24,458 nt of DNA from an uncultured Solirubrobacteraceae bacterium (GCA_964588985.1 CAZPQW010000007.1:108319-132776), one strand, 5' to 3'; numbered from the stretch's first letter, positions 8,870-17,652 are shown. Program-made: numbers and translations. Notes: a model not told the origin generated them from the letters alone.

Positions 8870-9679
8870 CTAGGATTCCGGTTTGTTCAGCGCGCCCGGC
8901 GCCTTGTTGAAGGCGCAGCGGAAGGTCTGCGCTTCGCGCACCGGCTCAGATCCAGCGAATCCACCCTGCTGAGCGTTGTCGTAGACGGTCACGTACTGGA
9001 GCGATTCGGGAAACGGATTGGCGGGCAGCGGGATGGGGTTGGCCTGCCCCTGGCGAGGGTCTCCGGTCGCGCCTTCGCTCACCCCCTCCGAGCCGGCCGC
9101 CGCTGAGCCCGCCTCCGTGGTCACCAGCGTCGCGCTCATCTCCCGCTCGTCTTTGAGGCCCCGGCTCGGGTCCTGGTCGACTGTCGCGGTGTCCGGGTTG
9201 TCGTGGATCGTGGACGCGAGCTTGACGCGGTCCGCCGCGCCGATCAGCTGCGCCGCCGTCGGCAACCAGCCGCCTTCCGCCTCGCACGCTTTGCTCGCCC
9301 ACACGTAGTTGTTCTTGCCGGCATCGGCGTTGGTGAGCGGGTAGGGCGCCGTGTCCAGGCACCACGTGCCGAGATCGACGGTCGCCGGCGGACACGTACC
9401 GGCGAGCTGTTCAGCGGTCTTCCCGTCCACGCGGGTCGCGTTCTTGACCGTGGGGATCGCCGTCGCGGGGAACTTCCTGTTCTTGCCCAGCAGCAGCACG
9501 CCGCCGGCATGAGGGACCGTGCTGATCGGATGGCCGGCGATCGCGGCCACCACCGCATGGCGAGCGGCATCGGCGACACCCGTGGTCGAGAGCACGAGCG
9601 CCAGGAGCGCCACGAGCATCGCCGGCGAGGGCAGGCGCCCCGACAGGCGTCCCCCTGCGCTGCGACGCGCCCCGCTCAT
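8870..9679 (-). CDS. Exported protein with probable C-type-lectin-like (FGE-sulfatase-type) fold
   Basis: 269 aa with signal SPAMLVALLALVLSTTGVADA. Motifs CPPATVDLGTWCLD, YVWASKACEAEGGWLPTAAQL and terminal FRC resemble CLec/FGE-sulfatase domains. ATGA overlap with the ftsH stop. Confidence 0.75.
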   Translation of the reverse strand: MSGARRSAGGRLSGRLPSPAMLVALLALVLSTTGVADAARHAVVAAIAGHPISTVPHAGGVLLLGKNRKFPATAIPTVKNATRVDGKTAEQLAGTCPPATVDLGTWCLDTAPYPLTNADAGKNNYVWASKACEAEGGWLPTAAQLIGAADRVKLASTIHDNPDTATVDQDPSRGLKDEREMSATLVTTEAGSAAAGSEGVSEGATGDPRQGQANPIPLPANPFPESLQYVTVYDNAQQGGFAGSEPVREAQTFRCAFNKAPGALNKPES

Positions 9680-11829
9680 GACGCTTGCTTGGGGTCGCGC
9701 GCGGGCGAGGCCCGACGCACGTCGCGCAGCTCGTCCAGCGTGACCTCTTGGATCGTCGAGAGCACCGCGTCGAGGGCCACGCCCGAGAGCGTCTCCTGCT
9801 CGAGCAGCGCCGTGGCCGTCTCTTCCACCGTGCTCCAGTTGCGATCGAGCACGACCGCCGCGCGCGCCTCGGCGTCGCCGACCAGCCGCTCGACCTCGTT
9901 GTCGATCAGGTTCAGCGTCTCCGGGCCGACCGAGCCGAGGTCCTGCAGCGAGGCGCCGAGGAAGACCTCGCCGCTCTTCTCGCCGATCGTCACCAGGCCG
10001 AGCGCCTCGGACATGCCGAATGAGGTGACCATGCTGCGCGCGAGCGCAGTCGCCGCGTGCAGGTCGTCGTGCACGCTCGTGGAGGTGTGCCCGAACGCGA
10101 TCCGCTCGCCCGCCAGACCCGCCGTGATCACGATCAGCTGGCTCTGCAGATCAGGCTTGGTCATGATCACCTGATCGCGGTCAGAGAGCATGTGCGCGGC
10201 CGTGCCCAGCTGGCGCCCGCGAGCGACGATCGAGAGCTTGCGCGTCGAGGAGACGTGTCCGAGCGCGTCCGTCACGACCGCGTGCGAAGCCTCATGGATC
10301 GCGATCAGCCAGCGCTCCTGCTCGCTCAGGATGTGATGCTTGGCTGGACCCGCGACGACACGGTCGATCGCCTCCTCGAGCGTCGCCTGGTCGATCAGCC
10401 CGCGGCCGTCGCGCACGCTCAGCAGCGCGGCCTCGTTGATCACGTTCGCGAGCTCGGCGCCGCTGAAGCCCGGAGTCTGGCGCGCGACCTCCTCGAGCGA
10501 CGCGTCCGGCGCGAGCGGCCGCTTGCCGCCGTGCAGGCGCAGGATCTCCAGACGCCCATGGATGTCGGGGTTGTCGATCACCACCTGGCGGTCGAAGCGT
10601 CCGGGCCTGAGCAGCGCCGGGTCGAGGATGTCCGGGCGGTTGGTCGCCCCCATCACCACGAGGCCGCCGTCGCCGCCGAACCCGTCCATCTCGACGAGGA
10701 TCTGGTTGAGCGTCTGCTCGCGCTCGTCGTTGCCCTGGCCGATGCCCGCGCCACGCTTGCGCCCCGCGGCGTCGAGCTCGTCGATGAAGATGATCGCGGG
10801 CGAGACTTTGCGGGCCTTGCGGAACAGGTCACGCACGCGGGCGGCGCCGACGCCGACGAGCGACTCGACGAAGTCGGAGCCCGACAGCGAGAAGAACGCC
10901 GCGTCCGCTTCGCCGGCGACGGCCTTCGCGAGCAGCGTCTTGCCGGTTCCGGGAGGGCCTACGAGCAGCACTCCCTTCGGGGCCGCCGCGCCGACGGCGA
11001 GGTACTTGCTCGGGTCGGCAAGGTAGTCACGGATCTCCTTGAGCTCGGCGAGCGCTTCTCCGGCACCGGCGACGTCGGCGAAAGTGACGGTGTCTCTGCT
11101 GCCCTTGCCCTTCTTCTTGCCCTTGCCAGTGAACTGCGAGAAGCCAGCGATCCCGCCGGCGCCGCCGTCCGCGCCCATCCGCGTGAACAGCGAGAACAGG
11201 CACACGAGCAGCAGGATCGGGATCAGGAACTGGACGACGATCGCCTTCGTCGGCTTGCCCGACTGCTGGTCGACCGACACGATCGCGCCGCTGGCGTCGA
11301 GTTCGCTCGCCAGCTGCTGCGTCTGCGCGCCCGACGCCGGATATGCGGCCCACAGCGCCTGCGAGCCGCCCCCCACGCCGGTCGTGACTTCGCTGATCGC
11401 GCCTTCGCCCGTCTTCGCGGCGATCACGCCGCCGGCGGAGACCGCGGGAGCGGTGGCGGTCGTGGTCAGCTCGACGCGACTGTCGTGGTCGAGCAGCGTT
11501 GCGCTCACGATGTAGTGGTGCTTCGCGAGCCGCTGCACGGTGCTGATCGGCACCTGCATGCCCGAGCTGCCCGGCTTGATCGCGCCCAGCAGGCTCGAGA
11601 ACGCGATCACCAGACCGATCGACGCGAGCAGCAGGAACAGCGAGAGCGGGTCTTTGAAGGCCAGCCTGCGCACGGTCGAGGCGAACTCGACGGCGGCCAC
11701 GAGAACGGGATTGCGGCGATGAGCCAGCCCCGAGCGAACTGCCGTAGCGGGTGGCCGTGCGGCGCCATTCGCAGCACCGGTGGCGCCGTTGCTGGAGGGG
11801 GACTCTGGGGGTGTGATGTCGTCTGTCAT
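9676..11829 (-). CDS. ftsH: ATP-dependent zinc metalloprotease, FtsH family (divergent paralogue)
   Basis: Two TM segments, Walker A GPPGTGKT, Walker [37 protein letters not shown] zinc motif and an M41 C-terminus ([15 protein letters not shown]). Confidence 0.93.
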   Translation of the reverse strand: MTDDITPPESPSSNGATGAANGAARPPATAVRSGLAHRRNPVLVAAVEFASTVRRLAFKDPLSLFLLLASIGLVIAFSSLLGAIKPGSSGMQVPISTVQRLAKHHYIVSATLLDHDSRVELTTTATAPAVSAGGVIAAKTGEGAISEVTTGVGGGSQALWAAYPASGAQTQQLASELDASGAIVSVDQQSGKPTKAIVVQFLIPILLLVCLFSLFTRMGADGGAGGIAGFSQFTGKGKKKGKGSRDTVTFADVAGAGEALAELKEIRDYLADPSKYLAVGAAAPKGVLLVGPPGTGKTLLAKAVAGEADAAFFSLSGSDFVESLVGVGAARVRDLFRKARKVSPAIIFIDELDAAGRKRGAGIGQGNDEREQTLNQILVEMDGFGGDGGLVVMGATNRPDILDPALLRPGRFDRQVVIDNPDIHGRLEILRLHGGKRPLAPDASLEEVARQTPGFSGAELANVINEAALLSVRDGRGLIDQATLEEAIDRVVAGPAKHHILSEQERWLIAIHEASHAVVTDALGHVSSTRKLSIVARGRQLGTAAHMLSDRDQVIMTKPDLQSQLIVITAGLAGERIAFGHTSTSVHDDLHAATALARSMVTSFGMSEALGLVTIGEKSGEVFLGASLQDLGSVGPETLNLIDNEVERLVGDAEARAAVVLDRNWSTVEETATALLEQETLSGVALDAVLSTIQEVTLDELRDVRRASPARDPKQAS

Positions 11830-11925
11830 TTCGATCTGGTTGGAGGACGGTGCGGGCGGGATCGTGCATGGACGATCGGCGCCGACTCAGCGAGCGTCAC
11901 AGGACTCGAGCAGAAATGCAATGAG

Positions 11926-12013
11926 GTTCACAAAAACAACACATCGCTCAACCGAACTTTCACAAGAAGTTCACAACCGAATCGATGAGCAACGTTCACA
12001 AAATCAAAACACA
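11926..12013 (+). promoter_or_regulatory. PHO-box-like repeat cluster in the divergent ftsH/pstS intergenic region
   Basis: GTTCACA at 11926, 11969 and 11994; TTTCACA at 11958 (11 nt before 11969); weaker CAACACA at 11937 (11 nt after 11926). AT-rich island. Matches the GTTCA-core 11-nt direct-repeat unit known for Streptomyces PhoP. Confidence 0.75.
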
Positions 12014-12156
12014 AAACAAACCCAGGCTCGACACTCTTCGCTGCGGGGTGACGACCATCGCGCAAAACCGCATCGATTAACCCCCACCCGTTCTCGTCGC
12101 TGAGCGTCTTCCACGCCAAAGCCGTACCAACTCCACCAAGCAAAGGAGCAAGAACT

Positions 12157-12978
12157 GTGCGCGCGCATCGCACCCTCATCGTTTCCACGATCCTCGCCCT
12201 CATCCTGGCCATCCCGGCAGCGGCCGCGGGGAGGCGCCTGATCATCGACGGATCGACTTCGATGCTCCCTCTCGTCCAGAAACTCGCCACGGCTTACCAC
12301 AAGGCCTACCCGCACGTACAGGCGCCGAAAATCGGCGGCGGCCAGACGGCCATCGGCATCGGCGACGCGGCCTCGGGGAGAGCGGACATCGGCGACGCGT
12401 CGCGCGACCCGATCCCCGGCGTGGACCCCAAAGGGCTCGTCTTCAGCAAGATCGCCCGCGACGGCATCTGCATCATCACCAACAGCGCCAACCCGCTACC
12501 CAACCTCTCCCAGGAAACGGTCCAGGAAATCTTCACCGGCTCGATCCGCGACTGGAGCAAGGTGCCCGGCGCGAGCGCCTCCGGCCCGATCGACCTGTTC
12601 GACCGCGACGGAGCCTCCGGTACGCAGGACGCCTTCCAGAACATCTTCCTCGGGGAAACCCTGAGGATCTCCCCCAGCGCGACCGCCGAGAGCTCCGAGG
12701 GACTCGAGGTCAACGCGGTCGGCGCCGACAAGAGCGCGATCGGCTTCGTGTCGTTCGCCGCCACGATCAACGGCGGCGTGCACACGGTCAACTACCAGGG
12801 CATCCAGTGCACGCTGCGCAACGCCAAGTCGGGGCAGTACGGCGGCGTGCGTAACTTCTGGATGGTCACGAAGGGCGCGCCCAAAGGCGCCGCGGCCAAG
12901 TTCATCAACTGGGTCGTCAAACCCGGCAACAAGACCGTCCGCTCGATCGTCAGCTCCGAGTGGATCGCGATCCACTGA
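12157..12978 (+). CDS. pstS: Phosphate ABC transporter substrate-binding protein, PstS family (short GSTS type), no lipobox
   Basis: IDGSTSMLPL, DIGDASRD, RDGASGTQDAF, AIGFVS motifs. AAGGAG RBS at 12143 and GTG start. Signal peptide ends AAAA with no Cys. Confidence 0.88.
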   Translation: MRAHRTLIVSTILALILAIPAAAAGRRLIIDGSTSMLPLVQKLATAYHKAYPHVQAPKIGGGQTAIGIGDAASGRADIGDASRDPIPGVDPKGLVFSKIARDGICIITNSANPLPNLSQETVQEIFTGSIRDWSKVPGASASGPIDLFDRDGASGTQDAFQNIFLGETLRISPSATAESSEGLEVNAVGADKSAIGFVSFAATINGGVHTVNYQGIQCTLRNAKSGQYGGVRNFWMVTKGAPKGAAAKFINWVVKPGNKTVRSIVSSEWIAIH

Positions 12979-13988
12979 CAGCTTCATCCTCCCGTGTTCC
13001 CAGTCGTAGACGCGGCTGGGCCACGGGCAGGACCGACCGGCGCGTCGAGCTCACGCTCGGCGCGCTGGCGGTGGCGGTGCTCGCCTTCATCGGGGCGATG
13101 GTCGTCACCGTCTTCGTCAAGGCCTGGCCGTCGTTCTCCCACAACGGGCTGAGCTGGTTCGGGCCCGGTGGCGATGTCGACGAACAGCTGCGGGCGATGC
13201 AGCGGGACATCGCTCTGTCCGGACACTCGATCTACTACTTCCGCGCCTGGCCACTGCTGTGGGGCACGCTGCTCACGACCGTCCTGGCGGTGCTGCTCGC
13301 GCTGGCGATCTCGACGCTGGCGGCGATCTTCCTCACAGAGTTCGCCCCACCGGCGATCCGGCGGACGCTCGACCCTGTGATCAGGCTGCTCGCGGCCGTG
13401 CCGTCCGTGATCTACGGCCTGATCGGGATCGAAGCGATCGCCCCGTGGATCAACGAACACCTGATCAGCAGCCACCGCAAGGCCTCGGTCGGCTACGTGG
13501 TCCAGCTCAACGGCAACAACGTCGCAACGGCCACGCTGATCCTGACCGTGATGATCCTTCCGATCATGGTCGCGATCTCCACCAATGCGTTCCTCGCGGT
13601 GCCGGCATCGTGGCGCGAAGGCTCCGTGGCTCTCGGGGTCAACCGCTGGCGGACGATCTGGCGAGTCTCGCTGCGCACGGCCCGACCGGCGATCATCGCG
13701 GCGACTGTCCTCGCGACCGCCCGCGCCCTCGGTGAGGCCGTGATGCTCGCGATGGTCGCGGGAGGCCGCGGTTTCGCGCCCAACCTCCTCGACGGGCTCA
13801 CGGCGCTGTTCGAGCCGGCGCGCCCGCTCGCGGCGACGATCTTCCAGAACGCCGAAGGGCTGACGATCCCCGTGCTCGCACACACGGTCTACGCGATCGG
13901 CGCCGTGCTGCTCGCCTCCGCGGCGATGCTGTCGCTTGCGGCATGGGCCTCCAAGCAGCGCCTCAAGCGCTACGGAGTTCGCGCCTGA
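12960..13988 (+). CDS. pstC: Phosphate ABC transporter permease PstC (start uncertain)
   Basis: LLAAVPSVIYGLIG, EAA-like REGSVALGVNRWRTI, ARALGEAVMLAMVAG; located between pstS and pstA. Confidence 0.9.
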   Translation: MDRDPLTASSSRVPSRRRGWATGRTDRRVELTLGALAVAVLAFIGAMVVTVFVKAWPSFSHNGLSWFGPGGDVDEQLRAMQRDIALSGHSIYYFRAWPLLWGTLLTTVLAVLLALAISTLAAIFLTEFAPPAIRRTLDPVIRLLAAVPSVIYGLIGIEAIAPWINEHLISSHRKASVGYVVQLNGNNVATATLILTVMILPIMVAISTNAFLAVPASWREGSVALGVNRWRTIWRVSLRTARPAIIAATVLATARALGEAVMLAMVAGGRGFAPNLLDGLTALFEPARPLAATIFQNAEGLTIPVLAHTVYAIGAVLLASAAMLSLAAWASKQRLKRYGVRA

Positions 13989-15016
13989 TGTCCATCGTCG
14001 AGCTCGCACCGCCCGCACCACCGGGCCCAACCATCGCCCGCCCCCCGCGCGAACGGACGACCTCCTGGCCGTTGGCCGATCGAATCGGCTACTGGCTGTG
14101 CTGGATGGTCGGCATCGGCCTGTGCCTGATCGCGACGGCGGTCGTGCTGTTCATGTTCGTGAAGGGAATCTCCTATCTGCACCTCGACATGCTGGTGCAG
14201 TCACCGGCAGCGTCCGGGATCCAGAGCCAGAGCGGCGGTTTCTGGGACCCGATCGAGGGGACGCTCATCGTGGCCGTGCTCGGCACCGCGATCGCCGCTC
14301 CTCTCGGCGTCGCACTCGGCGCGTGGCTGTCGGAGTACGGACGCCCGTCGTGGCTTGCGCGCATGGTGGAGTCGGCGATCGAAATCATCGCCGGCGCGCC
14401 GAGCGTCGTGCTCGCGCTGTTCGGGCTGATCATCTTCGCCCAGAGCTTCCTCGGCTTTCTCTCCCAGAACGCGTCCAACGGCGCCGTCTACGGGCGATCG
14501 TTCTTCGCCGCCAGCGCCGTCATGGCCGTGCTCGCGCTGCCACTCGTGGTGGCCTCCACGCGTGAGGCGCTCGAGCAGCTGCCCGACCGGCTGCGCGAGG
14601 CCTCATACGCGCTCGGCCGCACGCGCGCGACGACCATCCGCCGCGTCCTGCTCCCCGCGATCCGCCCGAGCATCGCCACCGGCAGCGTGCTCGGCATGGG
14701 CCGGATCATCGGCGACACCGCGATCATCAGGCTCCTGCTGGGGGTCTCGCTGACGACCCAGGGAGTCGGGCACGTCCCGCTCATAGGCGTCCTGCGGGGA
14801 ACGGGCGCAACGCTCACCAGCTATGTGTACGAAAACTCGCGCGCCGGCGAAGGCGACGCCCCTCAGAAGGCCTACGCGGCGGCCTTCGTGCTGCTGATGA
14901 TCGTGCTGGCGCTCAACGCGCTCGTCACGTGGCTGACGAGCGGACGCGAACGAGGCGGCGAGCGCCGCGCGCGACTGGCTGGCCTCCGACTCTCGTGGGT
15001 GCCATGGACCCGCTGA
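13988..15016 (+). CDS. pstA: Phosphate ABC transporter permease PstA
   Basis: Start moved to ATG 13988 (TGATG overlap). Motifs WLSEYG, AGAPSVVLALFG, LREASYALG, MGRIIGDTA. Confidence 0.9.
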   Translation: MSIVELAPPAPPGPTIARPPRERTTSWPLADRIGYWLCWMVGIGLCLIATAVVLFMFVKGISYLHLDMLVQSPAASGIQSQSGGFWDPIEGTLIVAVLGTAIAAPLGVALGAWLSEYGRPSWLARMVESAIEIIAGAPSVVLALFGLIIFAQSFLGFLSQNASNGAVYGRSFFAASAVMAVLALPLVVASTREALEQLPDRLREASYALGRTRATTIRRVLLPAIRPSIATGSVLGMGRIIGDTAIIRLLLGVSLTTQGVGHVPLIGVLRGTGATLTSYVYENSRAGEGDAPQKAYAAAFVLLMIVLALNALVTWLTSGRERGGERRARLAGLRLSWVPWTR

Positions 15017-15918
15017 TGCCTCCACCCATTCGTCGGATCGAGATCGACCGCGATCCGTACATCGCCCCTCCGCGCGCCGCCACCAACGGCGCAGCTCCAG
15101 CCAATGCCGCGGTCGATGCGCGACGCCGTCCCGCCAGAGCGCCATCGGCGCGGGTGCTCGAGCGCATGCGAATCGAGTCCCTGTGGCTCGCCTACGGCGA
15201 GAACTGGGTCGTTCGCGACGTCAGCCTGCCCGTGCGCCAGGGCGAGGTACTGGCGATGATCGGCGCGTCCGGGTCGGGCAAGACGACGCTGCTGCGCTCC
15301 CTCAACCGCCTCACCGAGGTGACCGCCGGAGCGGCCCGCAGCGGCGAGATCACACTCGACGGCCAGGACATCCACGGACTCGAGGTCAACGAGCTGCGCC
15401 GGCGCGTGACGATGGTCTTCCAGCAGCCCAACCCGTTTCCGATGAGCATCTTCGACAACGTCGCCTACGCGCTCGTCGAGCGAACGGGACACGGCCGACG
15501 ACGCAGGCGCAGCCCCGAGATCGAGCACGCGGTCGTCGACGCCCTGCGCAGAGCGGGCCTCTACGACGAGGTCGCCGCCGACCTCGACCGTCCGGCGCTG
15601 CGACTTTCCGGCGGCCAGCAGCAGCGGCTGTGCATCGCGCGCGCGCTCGCGGCCGACCCGGAGGTGCTGCTGCTCGACGAGCCCTGCTCGGCGCTCGACC
15701 CGATCTCGACCGCGACGATCGAGGAGCTGATCGTCGAGCTGCGCGAGAGCGTGGCGATCGTGATCGTCACCCACAACCTGCAGCAGGCTTTCCGCGTGGC
15801 CGACCACGTGGCGTTCATGCATCTCGGCGAGCTCGTGGAGTACGGATCCAGCGAGCAGGTCTTCGACAACCCGACGAAGGAGCGCACGCGCGACTACATC
15901 AGCGGGGCCTTCGGGTGA
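15016..15918 (+). CDS. pstB: Phosphate ABC transporter ATPase PstB
   Basis: Start at ATG 15016 (TGATG overlap; 15004 is an alternative). [62 protein letters not shown]. Confidence 0.93.
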   Translation: MPPPIRRIEIDRDPYIAPPRAATNGAAPANAAVDARRRPARAPSARVLERMRIESLWLAYGENWVVRDVSLPVRQGEVLAMIGASGSGKTTLLRSLNRLTEVTAGAARSGEITLDGQDIHGLEVNELRRRVTMVFQQPNPFPMSIFDNVAYALVERTGHGRRRRRSPEIEHAVVDALRRAGLYDEVAADLDRPALRLSGGQQQRLCIARALAADPEVLLLDEPCSALDPISTATIEELIVELRESVAIVIVTHNLQQAFRVADHVAFMHLGELVEYGSSEQVFDNPTKERTRDYISGAFG

Positions 15919-16634
15919 GGTGGCTCGCGCTCGCGCTCGCGGCGTTCGCGCTGGCCGGCTGCGAGACCACGGCGGAAAAGAGCGCGAAGCTCGAACAGGC
16001 CGCCAAGCGGCACGAACGCGGACCAACCGAGCGCACGCTCTCGATCACACGGCTGAGCGCCAAGGTGAGGGCTGGCGCGACGGTCGTCCTGCACACTTCC
16101 GAAGGAGCCGCCGTGGTGGTGACGCTGCACAACAACAGCAGCTCCACGATGCGCGATGTCCCGCTCGAGATCGCCGTCAAGGACGCCCACGGCGTCTCGG
16201 TGTACACGAACACCGCTCCCGGCCTCGGAGCCGCGCTCGCGTCCGCCCCACTGATACCCGCGCACGGAGCCTTCAGCTGGATCGACGACCAGGTGCAGGC
16301 CTCGGGCGTTCCCGCGAGCGTCAGCGCAAGGGTGGGCGAAGGCACGCCCGTGACGGGGGCGATCCCGCGGCTCAGCGTCGAGGGCGCGCACCTGATCGAA
16401 GACCCCACCAGCGGCCCCGGGGCCGAAGGAAGCATCGTCAACCACTCGGCGGTCGGCCAGCAGGAGCTGGTCGTCTACGCCCTCGCGCGTAGGGGCGGCA
16501 GGATCACGGCCGCCGGGCGCGCCGTCCTACCCTCCGCGCCGGCGAACGCCACCACGCGCTTTCAGCTGTTCTTCATCGGCGATCCGCGCGGATCGCGCCT
16601 GGAAGTCAGCGCACCCGCCACCACGCTCGGCTGA
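15915..16634 (+). CDS. Lipoprotein with two probable Ig-like (FxLYD-like) beta-sandwich repeats
   Basis: GTG at 15915 overlaps the pstB stop (GTGA). MRWLALALAAFALAGC has an LAGC lipobox. 239 aa; it is the C-terminal half of the 15183..16634 track ORF. Confidence 0.85.
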   Translation: MRWLALALAAFALAGCETTAEKSAKLEQAAKRHERGPTERTLSITRLSAKVRAGATVVLHTSEGAAVVVTLHNNSSSTMRDVPLEIAVKDAHGVSVYTNTAPGLGAALASAPLIPAHGAFSWIDDQVQASGVPASVSARVGEGTPVTGAIPRLSVEGAHLIEDPTSGPGAEGSIVNHSAVGQQELVVYALARRGGRITAAGRAVLPSAPANATTRFQLFFIGDPRGSRLEVSAPATTLG

Positions 16635-16635
16635 G

Positions 16636-16679
16636 GATCGGCGCGCCGATCGGCCTGACAGCGTGGGGTGGTCAGGCCG
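16636..16679. terminator. Inverted repeats between convergent genes; possible bidirectional terminator
   Basis: Perfect palindrome GATCGGCGCGCCGATC (16636-16651) and a 9-bp stem CGGCCTGAC/GTCAGGCCG (16651-16659/16671-16679). No U-tract. Confidence 0.55.
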
Positions 16680-17565
16680 CCAGGGCCTCGTCGACGAGCC
16701 GGGAGGCCGAGAGCGACAGCTCGTGCACGGGCGCGTCGAGCGGCTCGGCGGTGAGCTGGTAGCCGACCCCGAACTGGGTGTGGATGTACTTCCAGTCCGG
16801 GGACGCCTGCTCCAGCTTGCGGCGCAGCTTGTGCACGAACACGTCCACCGAGCGATCGTTGCGGATCATCGGCGCTCCCCACAGGCACTCGTAGATCGTC
16901 TCGCGCGGGAGCACTTCGCCGTCGGCGCGCGATAGCAGCTCGATGAGCTGGTATTCGCGGCGTGTCAGGTTGAGGCTGCGACCATGCACGAAGGCCTGGA
17001 ACTGGTCTGGCCGGACCTCGACCTCGCCGAAGCTAACCGGCTCGAGGCTGCGCGATTCGGGCCTGCGCCGGTGGAACGTGACCGCTTCCACGCGCGCGAT
17101 CAGCTCCTCCGGATGGCACGGCTTGTTGAGCCAGTCGTCCGCGCCGAGACGCAGCCCGCACACACGTTCGGCCACGGTCGAGGAGCCCGTGCACACGATC
17201 ACCGCCAGATCCGGGCGCTCGCGGGTCAGGCGCCCCAGCCACGTCCACCGTCGGGCGCCGAGGCTCGCGAGGTCGACGATCAGCGTGTCGACGTCGATCG
17301 AGGCGAGGGTCTTCGCCGAGACCCGCGCGGGCAGCACCTGATGCGTCCAGCCGTAGCGCTCCATCCGCTTCGCGAGCACCATCAGGAAGCCGGAGTCACG
17401 GTCGAGGATCGCGATCCGCAGCGCCGGGCGCTCCTGCTCGTCCGCCGCGCGCGGGTCGTTCAGCGCAGCGGACCTCTGGACGTCTGCCACGGGGCCGTTC
17501 CGACGGCGCTCGGCGCCCTCAGGCGCGCGCCGAGCGCGAAGCGTGGAACGTGCGTAAGTCTCCAT
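16672..17565 (-). CDS. OmpR/PhoB-family response regulator with atypical receiver
   Basis: LIVDL, IVCTG, GADDWLNKP, LTRREYQL, DRSVDVFVHKLRRKLE, IHTQFGVGY. GGAG upstream of the ATG. Confidence 0.92.
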   Translation of the reverse strand: METYARSTLRARRAPEGAERRRNGPVADVQRSAALNDPRAADEQERPALRIAILDRDSGFLMVLAKRMERYGWTHQVLPARVSAKTLASIDVDTLIVDLASLGARRWTWLGRLTRERPDLAVIVCTGSSTVAERVCGLRLGADDWLNKPCHPEELIARVEAVTFHRRRPESRSLEPVSFGEVEVRPDQFQAFVHGRSLNLTRREYQLIELLSRADGEVLPRETIYECLWGAPMIRNDRSVDVFVHKLRRKLEQASPDWKYIHTQFGVGYQLTAEPLDAPVHELSLSASRLVDEALAA

Positions 17566-17652
17566 ACCCGGTTACTCCGATCTGCAAACAGGACAATTGG
17601 AGATGGGTTGTACACCTTTATTGTTCACTTTGCAAGTCCGGATTATCCGGAA

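Noticed and set aside
2600-9679. Twin-arginine (Tat) export of the operon's proteins (GRRRRRSG, SNRRSLG, GARRSAG)
   Set aside because: Matches to S/T-R-R-x-F-L-K are poor and Arg runs are common in high-GC N-termini; this needs a SignalP/TatP run.
8870-9679. Diversity-generating retroelement target
   Set aside because: Only the CLec-like fold is present; no reverse transcriptase or template repeat is seen in the window.
12036-12150. Possible riboswitch (GCAAAACC and GCCAAAGCC resemble c-di-GMP-I elements) or a 10-codon uORF (GTG 12048 to TAA 12080) in the pstS1 leader
   Set aside because: I could not build the required paired stems by eye and the uORF has no RBS; an Rfam/Infernal scan or Ribo-seq would be needed.
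15183-15914. N-terminal extensions in the track for the lipoprotein (15183), and likewise pstA2 (20609), pstS2 (18889), pstA1 (13943) and pstB1 (14929)
   Set aside because: Downstream starts are supported by stop/start overlaps, RBS or lipobox position.
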